In this document: piece after piece, positions 1 through 14,337 of the stretch | How the letters are laid out: every line of letters begins with the position of its first letter | Position numbering within the stretch: position 1 is the stretch's first letter | NCBI RefSeq assembly: GCF_037042905.1 | Contig: NC_087251.1 | Coordinates: forward strand, 4,404,001 to 4,468,000 | DNA from: Lytechinus pictus | Lineage: Eukaryota | DNA: 64,000 nucleotides | Direction of reading: 5' to 3' | Translations under genes and position numbers: made by a program | The notes under the pieces: model-generated | Told to the model about the DNA's origin: nothing | Database searches by the model: none | What the model saw: the letters and a program-made list of their open reading frames with translations, nothing else

Positions 1-139
1 CAAGAAAACAATTAATTTATGTAATATACATCATATCTAGAAAACGTTTTGAACAAATATGTATTTCACATGTGGGCGTTGTTGGCTTTCCATAGTTGAG
101 ATTGATCAGATCAATCGCAGCTCTTTGTAAGACGGGGCC
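1..139. mobile_element. Right part of a Harbinger/PIF-type MITE, truncated by the window start
   Basis: Ends GATCAATCGCAGCTCTTTGTAAGACGGGGCC followed by CTG. Same terminus as the copy at 13724-13991. Confidence 0.6.
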
Positions 140-3100
140 CTGGATAGCAGATTGATTTTTTTTTCAAAAGTATTATTTCAATCAACGTAATGGAAGTCTC
201 CTCTCACAAAATGTTCCAAACTAAGTCATATACCATGGAAGGGATTTATCATAATATTTTTGTTTGCATTTTCATAATATATCTGAAAGGGAATAAAATA
301 AGATTTGCAATTTTTTACTATTCAACCAAAGTGGTAGCTTCCATAAAATAATATTTGACGTTAACTCATGTCAAACTACTTGATTGTATTATGCATGTTA
401 TGAATAACCTCAATGATTGATTCGTGTAATCCAAATTGTTTGTCTTGTCTTGCTTAGTGTCCTGACTGGACGTCCATTCTTTGAGTAACTCGAACAGATT
501 GCAGAGTACCCTTGTTAAATAAATCACTTTTCATTTGAATCAACTGAATAAAACATCGTGGACAGTCTGAATGATTAGCTCTGCTTAAAGTTTGGCAAGA
601 TTCATAACATCTTTCTCGTCAATCGTGTGTTGATGTGACGTAACAATAGCGAAAGAAATCGCACAGTGCTAGCCGACAATAGTAATTTCATATCTATAGA
701 AGACAGCATGAGGTGCAGAGATTCAAGTGATTGTATCATTCTCTTGAAATAATCCAAAAATGAAATCAATGCGATTTTCTCTAATGCTTAAATAAAAATC
801 GTTTTGGTTTATACAATGAGAGAAATATTCCTTGTTCGACTAGAAGAATGTAAAATTGAGGGGACGTCTTATTTCGAATTGCACTGAAAAAAAACAAACA
901 GAAGCCAATGTAATCGCATAGAAGGTTATTTGTTACCTTTGACTTCGAAGATATAAATTCATATTATGTATCTATAGTGGATTTTATTGCATTAACTTTT
1001 CATATTAACCAATATATATTATGTAACTATAATCCCAAGCGAATCGCAGAGTGTCTTCCCATTATATTGGGTTTCATCATAACAGTATCTATGTTCCCGA
1101 TGTTTCAGGACTAAATAACAAACTGAAATAGTGTAAGTTTTCAACTTTGACAAAAATGGCCAGAGGCTAGACGCACTGTATTGTCCTTTGTCGACGATGA
1201 AAAGAAGGCGGTTTATTTCAGGTAATTTGAAGACATAAAGGACACAATAGACTGCATTCAATACTCTTTTCTTGAAATTGTCAATATTAAAGATTTTCAA
1301 GATAAAGTTCCAATCAATGTCAGTATACTTAAGCCAACTGGCGGCAGTTACCTAGACCAATAGACGTACTTATTAACGTTATAGCGTTCAGTAGGCTGAT
1401 AAATTGGACATCTGGTATGAAATTATACGTATCGACTTCAAAATAACAAAAGGTACTGTATGCTAAGTACAAAAAAGAAAAATATATATAAATGTATAAA
1501 AAATATATAAAAATAGATGACTGGATAATTGTTCTTAAAAAAAAAATCTCTTTTTGCATAAGAATATCAAATTATGTTCATCTACATTAGATTCGAACCT
1601 ATTTGATATTATTATGAAAGAACCAGAAACAAATCATTAAAAAACAAGGCGAATGTTGATGCACAGAGCCTAGGATACGTGTTCTATTGCTAAATGCATT
1701 ATAGAATAAAGTTTGTTCAAGTATACCGTTACCTGCCGATGGTAAACCATGTATCCGGCCTCAAGGGGCTGTTAAAGCATCCCGACCCTAAAGCTTATTA
1801 CATCTATATTTAACACTTAGACTGATGCGACACGGTCTAATCAAATGAGCTTAGATTACGGTTTGTTGTAATCCCATACTACTTTAATACTGTTAGACAG
1901 AAGTAGACATAACCAAGCCTTGACACGCTAAGTGGTATATATAGGAAAGATGATAGGTTTTAGTAGGAGCAATTGCCCCAAAGCCGGGTGTTAAGAAGTC
2001 GGAAACCGAAGGAATATCAAGTACTTAATCTTGGAATCCCTCTATCCAATGTAATATATTCCATGTTTTATTTCTTTCCTTTCTTTGTGTTATTCTTATA
2101 TTTTGCCAGGAACGGAGCGATTAGAAGTTAAAAATGAATCGATGACAGTCTAAAAATATCGCACTAAAGAAGTTGTCTTGGCGATGTATTTAAAAAAGAT
2201 AAAGATTATTATGATTTGATTTCTATATAATTTGTGAATTTTTCATAAACGCCGACATTGAAAAGGCTCAAAGTCTACAATGTAAAGTTTAGAAAATGAA
2301 TGAATGAATAAAAAACTAAAACCGGCAACCCCAATTTTCGCAATAGACAACACTTTCGTGCAATTCCCTACCCATTATCCACCCTGAGTGTATGTTATTT
2401 AGGATTAAATGTTATTATCGAACTTCGGATTTCCTATGTTCCTATGTACATGTCACTATCTACATGATATTTGTACATGAAAGATGGGGAATACGGCACA
2501 AAATCATGCATACATACATCATCACGTACCCACACACACTCCTTACGTAAACCCACTCATATACCCACACACACATACGCGCACATACCCTACATCATCA
2601 ACAAACATAAAACAATACCTAATAAAAAGTAGTCGGAGCATTTTAGTATGCTGCTTTTTCAGATTATTGGCGAATTAATGATGTTAAATATTTCACTCTT
2701 CCTAAATGAGATACACTTTCAATATAATGCATATTCTCTTTGGCATTTTTATAGGGCTGTCGACATATCTAAACCAAACTTCAATATGTTTGTGTTTCAA
2801 GTACGGTATATGTGAAAAACATTTTACAAAAATTGTTCATGCATATTGTTGCACTCCCAGGAACGGCCAAAATACCTTCCCTTCTTATTCTAAATCTATC
2901 TATAAATGGATTCTTTACTGAATGATGCATTTTTCCTCTTAATTCATGATTTTGCACTTCTTCATTAAAATGGAAAATGAAAACAAGGTTTTCCCTCGTT
3001 CCAGCCTCACGTTTGTCATCCTGATTTTCATAATCATGTCCCTTTCAGAACTAAATTCTCCCACAAGGGAATCATTTGAAATATTGATATCTCGTCTTAT

Positions 3101-3239
3101 CATGTCTTGAGAGAGGGTATATTGAGTGAACTTCCGATCCCATCATATTCGATTACCGATTATTCGCCATGATAACAATGATTCGATTACCGATGCTGCA
3201 GTACTATTTTCTGACATGACTATTTTCTATATTTTCCAA

Positions 3240-3610
3240 TCTCTGCCCTTTTTGGAGGGGGAGATTGTATTCCAGTGTCCAAGTAGGTATCAATATTCGA
3301 ATACAATTTTTAATGCCAGCTTACTGGTTAAAAATGATTCGGTAATATTGGTATTCTGTATAAATGGACTCAACCATTATCCTTTCCCTAAATGGAATGC
3401 CAAGGTTACATGGATCCTTAGTCTCATTTCAACAGTGACCATGAAATCTATTTCATAAGGGCAATAACTAAGATCAGTGGATTCCATTTTCTCTCATACA
3501 ATTCCTTTCCTACATTAAATTAAAAGAATTCCAGTCACCCGTCTTCATAAAACACTAAATGGATTTGAAAGTATGAACATCTCTTGAATTTAAACGTGGG
3601 GACCCATAAT
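3240..3610 (-). mobile_element. Highly decayed LINE (CR1/L2-like) ORF2 C-terminal remnant
   Basis: Minus strand reads GHWNTISPS near 3255-3280, resembling the C-terminal WNxLP motif. No intact frame; weak evidence. Confidence 0.25.
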
Positions 3611-4008
3611 GGATAGAGAGGTCAAGTAAATACCAGAAACGTTATTGACTGTAAATAAAGTTATGTTATAATGCAAGGTGACAACAAAGTACTTAGCCAT
3701 GTTAAAATTGTGACTAAGAGGTTTTATAAGGTACTTCAAATCATGTAGCGGACATGGATTTTATTTTGTGTTTATTTTAATTGAATATAATCATTTTTTC
3801 ATATCTGCTTAGGTGCTTCGAACCAGATTATTACGAAGATAATAAGCGTTACTGTCAACTGCTTAACCTCTCCAATACCTTAAAAACGCCCATCAATTTT
3901 CTTTTGTATTGGGATGAAGAAAGAACTAAGTGGGAAAATCATAAGAGGATGAATAAATATTTATCTTCATCTAAAAAGGATAAATCAGAACAGCGGTTAT
4001 GTGTTTAA

Positions 4009-4693
4009 CCCTAAAAGGACTGGGCTATTTGAGATGTATTGAGGAATTGGGGGGGGGGGGGCATGAAGCCCCCTTCTGATCTCAGCCGTCGTTCGCGCCG
4101 AAATTTGGCATGCATATTCTTTACCACATAAACTACAAGCCAGTATAAAAAAATCCTCAAAATGATAATCTTTTATTTCTTATGAATAAAATATGCAAAT
4201 TTATTCATTAAAATCATCAATTTGCATATTTAATACCCAATTTCACTTCACATTTTTTTCTTTTTTCAGATGTAATCTTTGTATTCTAATTTAAAGTTTT
4301 CCACAAAGAAATCTTGCGAAAGCCAATGTATTTCTTTATTTTTAGAATTTCTTATGTATTTCATTTTTTTTCCCATCTTTTGTTTTTCATTGCTTTTTCA
4401 ATGGAAAGTATTACAGACCATTTAACAACTAAATTAAACCCTAAATTAATTAAGCAAAACAATTAGAATGAAAAAATAATCACCCATTTATGAATTTCAC
4501 CTCCCATAGACTGTGTACAAAGAGTATACAAATAAGCCATTTTCGGCACGACATTGTCACGTAAAAAGTCACGTGGCGTCGCGATGCTATACCGTTTTTG
4601 GTCTCAAAAGTTGCGCAAGACTTAAAAAAATCACAAAATTTTGCGGCGCTATCTCTTTGCGTTTTGGAAATATCGCGCGAAGTCCTTTTAGTG
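4009..4693. mobile_element. piggyBac-type non-autonomous element (MITE)
   Basis: TTAA (4005-4008) then CCCTAAAAGGACT ... AGTCCTTTTAGTG then TTAA (4694-4697): 13-bp TIR with 1 mismatch, TTAA TSD, CCC terminus. Confidence 0.8.
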
Positions 4694-5756
4694 TTAAAAT
4701 AGTTTTATTGAGACTTTATGTTATAGAGAGGTTCATTTACTCCTTTTGGGCCCCTGCACCTGGCCCATCTCATTATTCTACAAAACGATATATAGAGAGA
4801 AAAATGAATTAAGATAAAGAAGAAGATAGAAGGGGAAGAAAGAGAAAGAATGAGCGAGGGAGAGAAGGGGTGGAGAGATGAATAGCGAGAAACCTGTTCA
4901 CAAAATTTCGACAAAAGTGTTCATCAGATTTTTCGATTTCAATTACAAAATACAAAACGATGCCTAGAGATCACTTCAGTCGCTAAGATCGCTCGCTTCT
5001 ATATGTACGTCTCAAAATTCTACTTTCACATTATTTAAAAAACGCCCAAAACAACTAGACGTTAATACTCACCTTTAAATTGCTACTCAACGTAAAAATT
5101 CATTTAAATCAGAAGGTTATGTATCTGTTTTAGCTCTTAGTTGCAGTTAATATTTCATTTGTTGTAGATTTTTTTTTCTCAATTTTTGGTCTCGGTTTCT
5201 TACAAGGCTGAGCGTAAAGATTATACCATTACTACTTGGTTGTGATAAGTCAGGTCTGATGCTTACTACTTTTCCTGACGTTCGAAATTACTGGCATTGA
5301 ATATCCTTGATCATAATATACACGCGCACAAAGGATGATTAAACCAACACGTACCTAGATTCCGTCATCGATTGGTAATTTTGTGTGGACACAGGCACAG
5401 TTTCTAGGTGTGAACCCGCGTATGAATATTAACACAGCATCACAACTTCCCACACCACGCACACAAAAAGCTAATATAAAAACTATTGCGATCGATTGCA
5501 GTATACAGTGATTTCTCTTCATCAGTGTTGGTATTTCTGCATAATCAATTTGGTGTTATTTCAGTATGTCATCTTCAAGCCATGCTCAGCAAAGTTACTT
5601 GCTCGCAGCAACCAAGGTTATCTTATGAAGATATTCGTTTTTGTCATTTCAGCTGAGTTCATTGGAGATATAATTCATTAAAATACCATTCTACAAGAAA
5701 CTCAAATTATTAGTGACTGTCACATCTCAGTTTTATAACATATTTGATATATATCA

Positions 5757-6120
5757 CAGGGGCAGCGCCAGTGTATTTTAATAGGAGGAAGCATGACTAT
5801 CCGAACATTTCGTTTTTTCTTTATTAAATAAAAGGAGTAATAATATAATTACAGGGCACCGACTTCTCTCCTTTAGACTATTCTTTGTTTTTCTTCCACT
5901 TTTACTTATTTTCTCTCTTTTTAATTTTTGTTGGGGTTGTTGTAAAATCATAAAGAATAACGAGAAAACAACTCCGAAATATGCGAGGAAGCGTAGCGTC
6001 CGAGCGTAATTTTTTTGCCTGTTTTCACCAGTCAAACTTGGTATTCCAACAAAGTATGCAATAAGACTGGAGTGGAGAGGTTGTTGTATGCGAAGGAGCG
6101 TAACACAACCAAGTTAGAAT
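5757..6120. mobile_element. Fragment of a GC-rich-TIR (hAT-like) non-autonomous element
   Basis: Starts CAGGGGCAGCGCCAG and contains degenerate GCGAG..GCGTAGCG motifs like those of the hAT-type elements elsewhere. No right end found. Confidence 0.3.
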
Positions 6121-9100
6121 TCTTTCTTGCTTACCCCAGTAACCCCCTGAGAGTGTGCAATAACACGATGGGTGATTGTAAGTAAAAACAAATGTTACTG
6201 TTTTTACAAGTAAAACCTCGTATCTTTAATTTACAGTAAGCTATGCGCGTATTAATTGAGTATATTCACGTCAAATCAGTGTATGAAATAGTGGCCCGAA
6301 ATTGGTAATAAAATACAACACAAGGCATTTTAATGATAAGGAAGATAATATACAGTTGATTTTTATCCATGTTCTTCAAAAGGATATACTAGTACTTTGC
6401 GCAAAAAATGTGTGACATTAAGAATGTAAATCAACATAGTTAACATGGTTGTAATGGAGGCCGAGAGATTAATCAAACCAATTATTTAAAGTCGTTTGTA
6501 AAGACGTGATCCATAACTTATAAACGCTTTATAAAACAGGCATCCATATTGATAACATCGCTCTCGGTGTTCCGTCAATATTAATTGTAATCTCTTTTAA
6601 CGAGTAAACGATATTTCAAGACATTTTTAAAGACATTGTTCCATCCTGTAGATCTCACCATTTTATATTAAAAATTCATTTATTGCGATTATGCAAGCAA
6701 ATACATGTATGATTTCTTTAAACAAATACAATTTTCAAATGTTAAGATGCATGATGAACTCTATCATTAGTACCATATCTCATTCTAAAAGTTTAAAATG
6801 GAGTGTCGAATAATTACATTTTTCATTTTGAGATGAATATGCTAACCAATACAAAATTTGGCTCAATGACTAGTTTAACCAAACCAAATCCTCTTCAAGC
6901 TCATGTATCCTCATGCCTTATCTTCCATATTGATTTAAAAGGATAACGAGCACAAGAGTTAAACCAAAGCAAAGTCATGGGGAATTTCAGAATAACAGAA
7001 CAGCATACCCAACTTTTCTTATCAGTTGATTGTATACCAATAATAAATATCAAGAATATATTTTACAAACACACGCGCACTCGCACACTCACATACACCC
7101 AAAGAACTTCGATCTTACCACATTATCTCACACATTAAACACACGCACGCACATACTGACGCACACCCGCGACTCCCACATGTATACAGACAACACATTA
7201 TCAATGTAGACCTATGGCCATGGTGTAACGCTTGTTATTTCACTTTATTTATTCTTTTTTTTTTAGTTTAGCGTTATCATTTTCATAAACCCCCATACCA
7301 AACATTTACCTCCTGTTATATCCTGCATTCCAGTTTTTCTTCCAAATTCTTATTTTCATTATCAACTCTAAAGGATTTTAAAAAATTTCTAATGTTACAT
7401 TTTATGTATGCAACTTAATGCTATAAAAGGGACCAATAGAACATAGCTGATATTCAACAACTGCTCATTTTCTATTAATGAATTAATATTGTAACACATG
7501 AAAGTAATACTTATTTTGATGCAATGCAGGAAAGAAAAACGAATAGAGCTATCCTACCTCACCCAATGCCCCGCCCCCCACAATAAAAGTTCTATACAGT
7601 CTATAAGTCTCAAAAGGTCCCACATTTAAGCCCAAAAGACCATGGAGACCATTTGGTGAGCAGAGCTGAATACAGAAGACATAATGTTGAACCCCCGGAG
7701 AGTGAGCAGATATGCCTCTGTTATTGGCTCTTCTTTTACATACCAATTAAATCCAAGTAGGATACTCATTAAGATTGTAATTAAAGTAAATCCCCTTATT
7801 TCACAGAAGATATAAAGGAAAGCAGTTATCATGGTAAGCCCGGTAATTTCATGGCGAATTGAAAATCTATCCCGAATAACTCTATTTCACTCAAAGGTTT
7901 CCAATATTCTGCTTCCGTTTCAATACAAAAATGAAATGAATTTATTCACGGTAAGTATTGGTAAAGCTCACAGCCATGGTGCATGGTATTAATGTGCATT
8001 CAAATCAAAATAACTTCCCACAAATTGTTTTGATTGATTGTACAATTCTTATGCGCAAAAAAGTAATTTGGGTGCACAAAAGGTATTATAATCTGTTGAT
8101 CGTTCAAATTGTGATAATTATGCAAAATATGTATTAAAAAATACTTGCATAAATCGGGAAAGCACCAAAATTAGAAAAGAGAAAAAAGACCGTTCCTTAT
8201 GAATAAGCATTTTCTTTCAAAACATTAATCATTACATTTCTCATAATCAGTTCAGGCATAATGTTGTTAATTTTAATTATTTGAACACAATTGACATCAG
8301 GCAGAATATTTACCGAAATAAGATGCCTATTGAAAGGAGATGAAAATGAAGCATATAAAGTTATGTTTAAGAATGTATCAATATATTATCGTCATATTAT
8401 GCAACACATTGTGATAAATGAATGAACTTAACTTGTGTAATTTCGAATAAACCGATATATCTTGAGTCATAAAAAAATTGATTTCTGGGTACATGTTGCA
8501 CGTCGCAGAACTGCTCAGAAGGAAGCATTTTATTAATGTTGTTGATATTTTACAGTTACATTTGAACGCATATCTTTGTGTGACAGGGCCCGGTCATAAA
8601 AGACAGTGTCTGCTGCTATGGATTACTTCAGTTGATGCTTTCTTCTCGACTCGCTAGGTTCAAGTAATATTCGGTCACCCCTGGACTAATGAATCCGAAC
8701 CCCAACCGTGTAATTCAATCTCACATTGAACTCAAGTCTTCCATTTCGCCGAAAATGTCGAGAAAAATTACCACTGATTCAGCCCCTTCTGATTGGGTTT
8801 AGAGCGAGTCAGGGGAGTATACAGGCTGAACACGCATTGCTGTCTTCATTTGCAAACTAATTCGGTTGGGAAAAAAAGGACATGAGGTATTCCATTCTCT
8901 CTTTAGAAAAGGACTCGGCTAGAATGACATATAGGTCAGGATTTTAGAATGGAAGTGGAAAAGGGGGGAAAACGTGTTTTTCAGAGATGGATTTCCTAAT
9001 CGGTTCGAAAGGTATGATGGTTGTTTGGTGCTTGAGAATTTAAATGAAGATAATATTCTTTTTTATTGCATTAGATTGTTATTAAAGATGTCTATCGCAC

Positions 9101-10574
9101 GCAGATAAATTTAGTCTCACCCGTTTACATATAAGTTCAATAAGATGATAATTTTTAAGGAAATATATTCAAGCCATTTATAATCTTTTTATTGATTTCA
9201 GGGTATATTGTTTCATCAATCTTTTCGCTATTCTATAAGTGCCTATCAAAGATTATTGTCAGTATCACTACTTTTCCGATTCGTTAAGTATCAAGCACAA
9301 TACAACCCAGGCATACCGTAACAAAAGGTCATATTTGGCCAATAATGCTCATGATGCTACACAGCAGTTATCATTTTGACAATGATGATTGATTGATGAC
9401 AATACTGTCTGCAGGTTAGGGAGTCCTTTGAATAGTGATCGCAAATGAGTCGTCATCGTAAAATGAGCAATTATTGACCCTCTACAAAGTGCATGTTCTA
9501 GCAGTACCCAGACTTGAATTTGTGACAAAGATTGAGGCTCTGAAAGGGACGGATAAAAACATGTCCTCGCAATAAAAAGCGACCGGTTAACCGGTAAACG
9601 ACTCGGGAAGAAATCCTGGAGAGAAAAAACTCAAGCATTAGAAATACCATGCATCACTTTCTTTAAAATTATTATATAAGTTCAGAAAGAGGAGAATGAA
9701 GTGAAATATTTCTAGATGTCTGAGAAATAGTGTCGAAAATCTAGTATAGTATTAATTTATGTCTGTAATATTCCTATCAAGCTTATTTTTAAGGGGAGTT
9801 ACTTCGTGTAAAAGTGTTGTTCTCTCTGGTCGACCATGGAGGGAGAATGGGTCGAAATTTTTGCTACTCGAAAAGTTGACAAGCAAAGACAAGGGGAAAA
9901 CGGTCTAAAAATTCGCCCCTCGAAAATTTGACACGCCCCAAAAAGAAGATATTAGCAACTTCCAGACGGTCGATATATTTTGTTTGTTTTTTGTATTCTC
10001 ATTTTTTTTATGAAAAGACAACAACCGACCTTTAATGTTTTATTAAAATGTTCAATGTGGTGTTAACAATAACAAAACAGCTCCAACAGCCAGCAAGATG
10101 AAGAGATCATGATCAACTTCTTTCCCCATATATCGATAATATAATAAACATTCCATTTTCACTTCACTTTTATCCACCAGATTTGCCCTGTCATTATGTA
10201 AAGCATAAAGCATCATTTTGAAGATATATTATATCGAAGGTATTTTCGTGGTAAGTTTGGTTTACTTTCCCGCCAAGACGATTGGGAAGGAATACGAAGA
10301 GGAGTAAATAGGACAACAGATATACCAAATAGAGTATCAGATTCATAGGGATTGGATACCCATGATCACTACCAGTTGTACACATTCATTTAATTTTCTA
10401 AAAGTTGAACAGCTTTTCAAACAATGAAGGAGAAAAAGTTGGGATTGGGTATGATATTCTGGGATGAGTATTAACCGGTAAAAATAAGGGCGGTATGGAG
10501 TCCATGCGATCTATATAGAAGAAGACAGTGTAGTAGAGACAGATGGAAAAAAATAAAATATTTAGAAATGAGAG

Positions 10575-10750
10575 GGGAGGGGGGGTAAAGAAAAAAAAGA
10601 GTGTGTGTGAATATGCGTGTGGGTAGACGCACGTGAGCGGGTGCGTCAGTATGTGTGTTTGATGTGTGTTTGTGTATGTCTGTCTGTCAGCCTGTGTGAA
10701 AGAGAGAGGGAAAGGAAAAAGAGTCATGAAAGTGGGAGAGAGAGAGACCC
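10575..10750. repeat. Low-complexity (GT)n/(GA)n degenerate microsatellite tract
   Basis: Interrupted GTGT and GAGA runs. Confidence 0.6.
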
Positions 10751-12682
10751 TGGGTATAGGGGTGTAACAACGTATGGAGAACGGTGACAATCAGATTTTA
10801 AAGAAGATCACGGAAGTTCTAGGGAAACAAAAATTATACGAGAAATGAAGAAAGAATGGATTGACTAGGGACACAAGTTCTTCCCCTTAAAGTACTTCAT
10901 AGTTTCCTCTGAAATGCTGATAATGGTGTAAAGGCACTTAGTCGCCATTTGATCAAGCAGGTTGCCCGAGTCGTACTATTAAAGCGTCTCGTGTGGCCTA
11001 TCAAATAACATTGAGCTTTCAACCAAAATATTCATCTTAACTTTACCCTTTTTCTCTTGGTGTTTTAACCTATAGGATGCTTTCTCTCTTATTTTCTATC
11101 TATGCTTACCTAATATTTGGTTGAATTTGATAAAATGAAATCATTACTGATTTAAAACATAATTGATCTGCTACCTGTCTGAACACATGAATCATCACTA
11201 ACCACTCTTACTTTCGTGTTGTCCCCTTCAACGTTAAGCTTTATCATAAACATTTCCTTTTCTTTGTCACCATTTTCTAAATCCTTTCTAGATTGCCTCA
11301 TTGTGAATTTAGATTTTTTATATTGCGTAACTTCTTTTCGAAAAATAGATTGCTTCCCCTACGAGTGTCAGTGTAGTGAAGGCTAATTGAGACTGTCATT
11401 GTATGGTGTGTGCATACCAAATGAAAAAGTGATGAAAACAGTAGATGTCAACATCTCTAGGGTCACTACGTGAATTCCTTTTTTAGCTCCTACCGACTTG
11501 AAATAATCCGATTATGTTACATTAAAAAATCTTAATTCTCTACTTTTATCTAATATTCACTTGAGAACGGCTATATTTTACGAATTAATGATAATGGTAA
11601 CATCATTTTTGTAACTGACACTGTGCTGGAAAGTACCTTGGTTCAATCAAGAACTATAGCTTGAATTAACTTGACATTTATGTGAATTTAGATATATATT
11701 TCCCCAACTGCCTTTGATGGGCCTTCATGGTGTTTGGTATCGCTATTTGAATATCTCTATTCATTATTTGATGTTTATATCACAATTTATAACTTGATAA
11801 ATTTTAACCAAAATAATTCAATTATTGAGTAAAAAGTGAGCATTCATTTTTGTTATAGGTAAAATATCGTAAGATACGCCAAACCCTTGTTTGCAATGGT
11901 TGGTGAAAATCACACACCAAAACATGTTCCCCTTTTTGTTATACCTTTACTCAAGCATTATTAGAACTTCTATATCCATAAAATTTGGTCATTTTACCGG
12001 TTAAATCCTCATGTCCTTTTTCATCACAAATTCATCGAAGTAAATTTACCTCTCTATTAATTGCAAGAGCAATCTATTTTACAGATTTTTGTTATACGAC
12101 TGGTTTCCTTCTTCCTAAAACCATTTATTATAACTATAAAGGTAATATAACCATTAAGATGAAAGTCTGAACGTCTTTGCGGTCGTGGATATCAGAGTTT
12201 TAGGAATTGTTCTGTGGTAACGGTCCTCGATGATGATTTGAGTTTAGATGACAAGCGTATAAAAGACACACTAAGACACACCCATTTTATCATAACAAGG
12301 TTTTAATGAGACACAGTAGCCTGGGAACGATTTGGCTGGATTGGAAAAAAATAAGCAAAACAATTGACGTTATGACTCCAAAATGACGGTGATTAGGAAA
12401 ACAGTATGACAAGAAAAAACAAGGTTTTCGCTTGTGAAGTTGAAAATGATTTTTGTATTTTTTTTTTTACATTTTAGCATACGATACCAACCTGATTTCC
12501 AGAGGGTGCTGTCTATTGTGTAACATACATAACACTCGAGATGCTGAACAACACCCCTGCTTCCCAGGACCATGCTTAGACACTAGAAATGTTTAGTACA
12601 CAAGTAGGTGTACGTCTAAGGTAGCTTTTAATCTGTTAGTTTACAAACTATAAAAACTAATTAAAATGACTAGATCAAATGA

Positions 12683-14337
12683 CGAGGTTGGACATTGCCA
12701 GTTCAACCGAGGATTAATAATTTCCACTATGCTTTCGAAAGAACGCCTGATATATTTGTTTTATATCCCTCTTTAACTTGTAGACCTAGTCCTTGCTGAT
12801 TTGCAAGCAATCTAGACCAATTCTAACGTACGGACCTTGTTCTAACTAGTCTTAGGCCTGTTGAGCTACCCGATTGCAGTTAATGAGAGGTACGCTGCGC
12901 CGCTGCAGTTGCACTCAGTCTCAAGATAATTTTGTAAGCGCGCAGGCTAACATTATTTTTTAAGACTCTCGTATCGGACTTTGACTCACATTATTAGTAT
13001 AGGGTAATTGACCGTCAATCTAGGTGTCGTGTATGAATGGCCGTCATGGAATTATAATTTATTGCATGATAATCTAGACCTAATTCTACACTGACTTTTC
13101 AGATTGTCGGTAAATAATTTGATCGAGATCTGGGTCGATATGATCCGGTCAAGTCAGGGAGCATGCGCAGTTCAACGTTGAGAGAGGACATATATAAAGC
13201 ATGAACATGCGCAGTTCTCCCCATGAAAGTATATCGAAAATTATAACCTATTGGTTGATTCGCGATCATGTGACGTGAGAAAGTAAAATTTCAGTAGGAA
13301 AGCACATCCCTGTAAATAGCTCCATATAGTTTTCTTCTAGCTCCGTATATTTTTCGATAAACTTTCATGGGGAGAACTGCGTATGCTATATAATGCTCGA
13401 TATGTTCTCTCAAATTTGAAGTACGCATGCTCCCTGAATAGACCGGATCCAGATGCGTAGGCCTACAGATATCCGCAAAAATAAATAAATAAAATACAAT
13501 ACAAGCTCTCGCTCAAATACTTACCGACAGTGAGGAATTGGGTGTAGATTATCATGCAGAAAATATAATTCCATCATGGCCATTCATAGAAGACATACTT
13601 GAATTCTTAACAAGATGAGTCTGCTTACAAAATTAACTCGAGAGCAACTACAGCGGCGCAGCGCAGCAGACTTCTCATTAATTGCAGTCGGATAAGAGCC
13701 GCGCACAGCCTTCCCAGAAAATAGGCCCGTCTTACAAAGAGTTGCGATTGATCAACCACAACTATGGACGGCCAGCAACGCCAACATCCAAAAAAAAAAT
13801 TTTTTTTCCAATAATGATGTAGGCCCCCTATATTCATACATTCATCGTTCTCGTGAATAATCAGTGTGATGCTCTTTGTTTACTAAGGTGCAAATTTCCT
13901 GTAGAAAAATTTATAGTATGGATGGATTTCTATACAGTTGAGAAAACTTGAGATTGATTCGATCAATCGTAAATCTTTGTAAGACGGGGCCCTGGTTAGC
14001 ATTATCTCGACAGGGCTAGGACTACGTCCGGCAACGTTAGAATCGGTCTAGCCTGGTTACACATCAGCATGGACTAGGTCTACAAGTTAAACAGGGCTAT
14101 AAAACAGATATTTCAGGCGTTTTCTTCGAATGCATAGTGGGAATTATCAATCCTCGGTTAGACTGGCAATATAAATATTTTCCCTCGGGGCTCCGCCCCT
14201 CGCGGAAAATAGCACTTGCCAGTCCAACCTCGGATAAATAATTTCCAACTATACTTTCTCAGAGGCTGATACAATTTGCAGCGATGTTTTTCCTATTGAA
14301 ATTATACTTTGTCACATGATCATGAATTGACCGATCG
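12683..14337. mobile_element. Long palindromic element with terminal hairpin (possibly a non-autonomous Crypton-like element)
   Basis: Left arm ~12695-13245 is the degenerate reverse complement of ~13350-14170 (e.g. GCAGTTCTCCCCATGAAAGT / ACTTTCATGGGGAGAACTGC; AACTTGTAGACCTAGTCC / GGACTAGGTCTACAAGTT). A second hairpin at 14135-14250 is centred on CCCTCGGGGCTCCGCCCCTCG. 14280-14335 is inverted relative to the spacer 13250-13320. Confidence 0.7.
13724..13991. mobile_element. Harbinger/PIF-type MITE inserted into the right arm of the palindromic element
   Basis: GGCCCGTCTTACAAAGAGTTGCGATTGATC ... GATCAATCGTAAATCTTTGTAAGACGGGGCC. No counterpart in the left arm. Confidence 0.75.

Noticed and set aside
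7549..7832. Hydrophobic minus-strand ORF as a possible NUMT or membrane-protein exon
   Set aside because: No recognisable match to the mitochondrial proteins I recall, and no supporting neighbouring exons.
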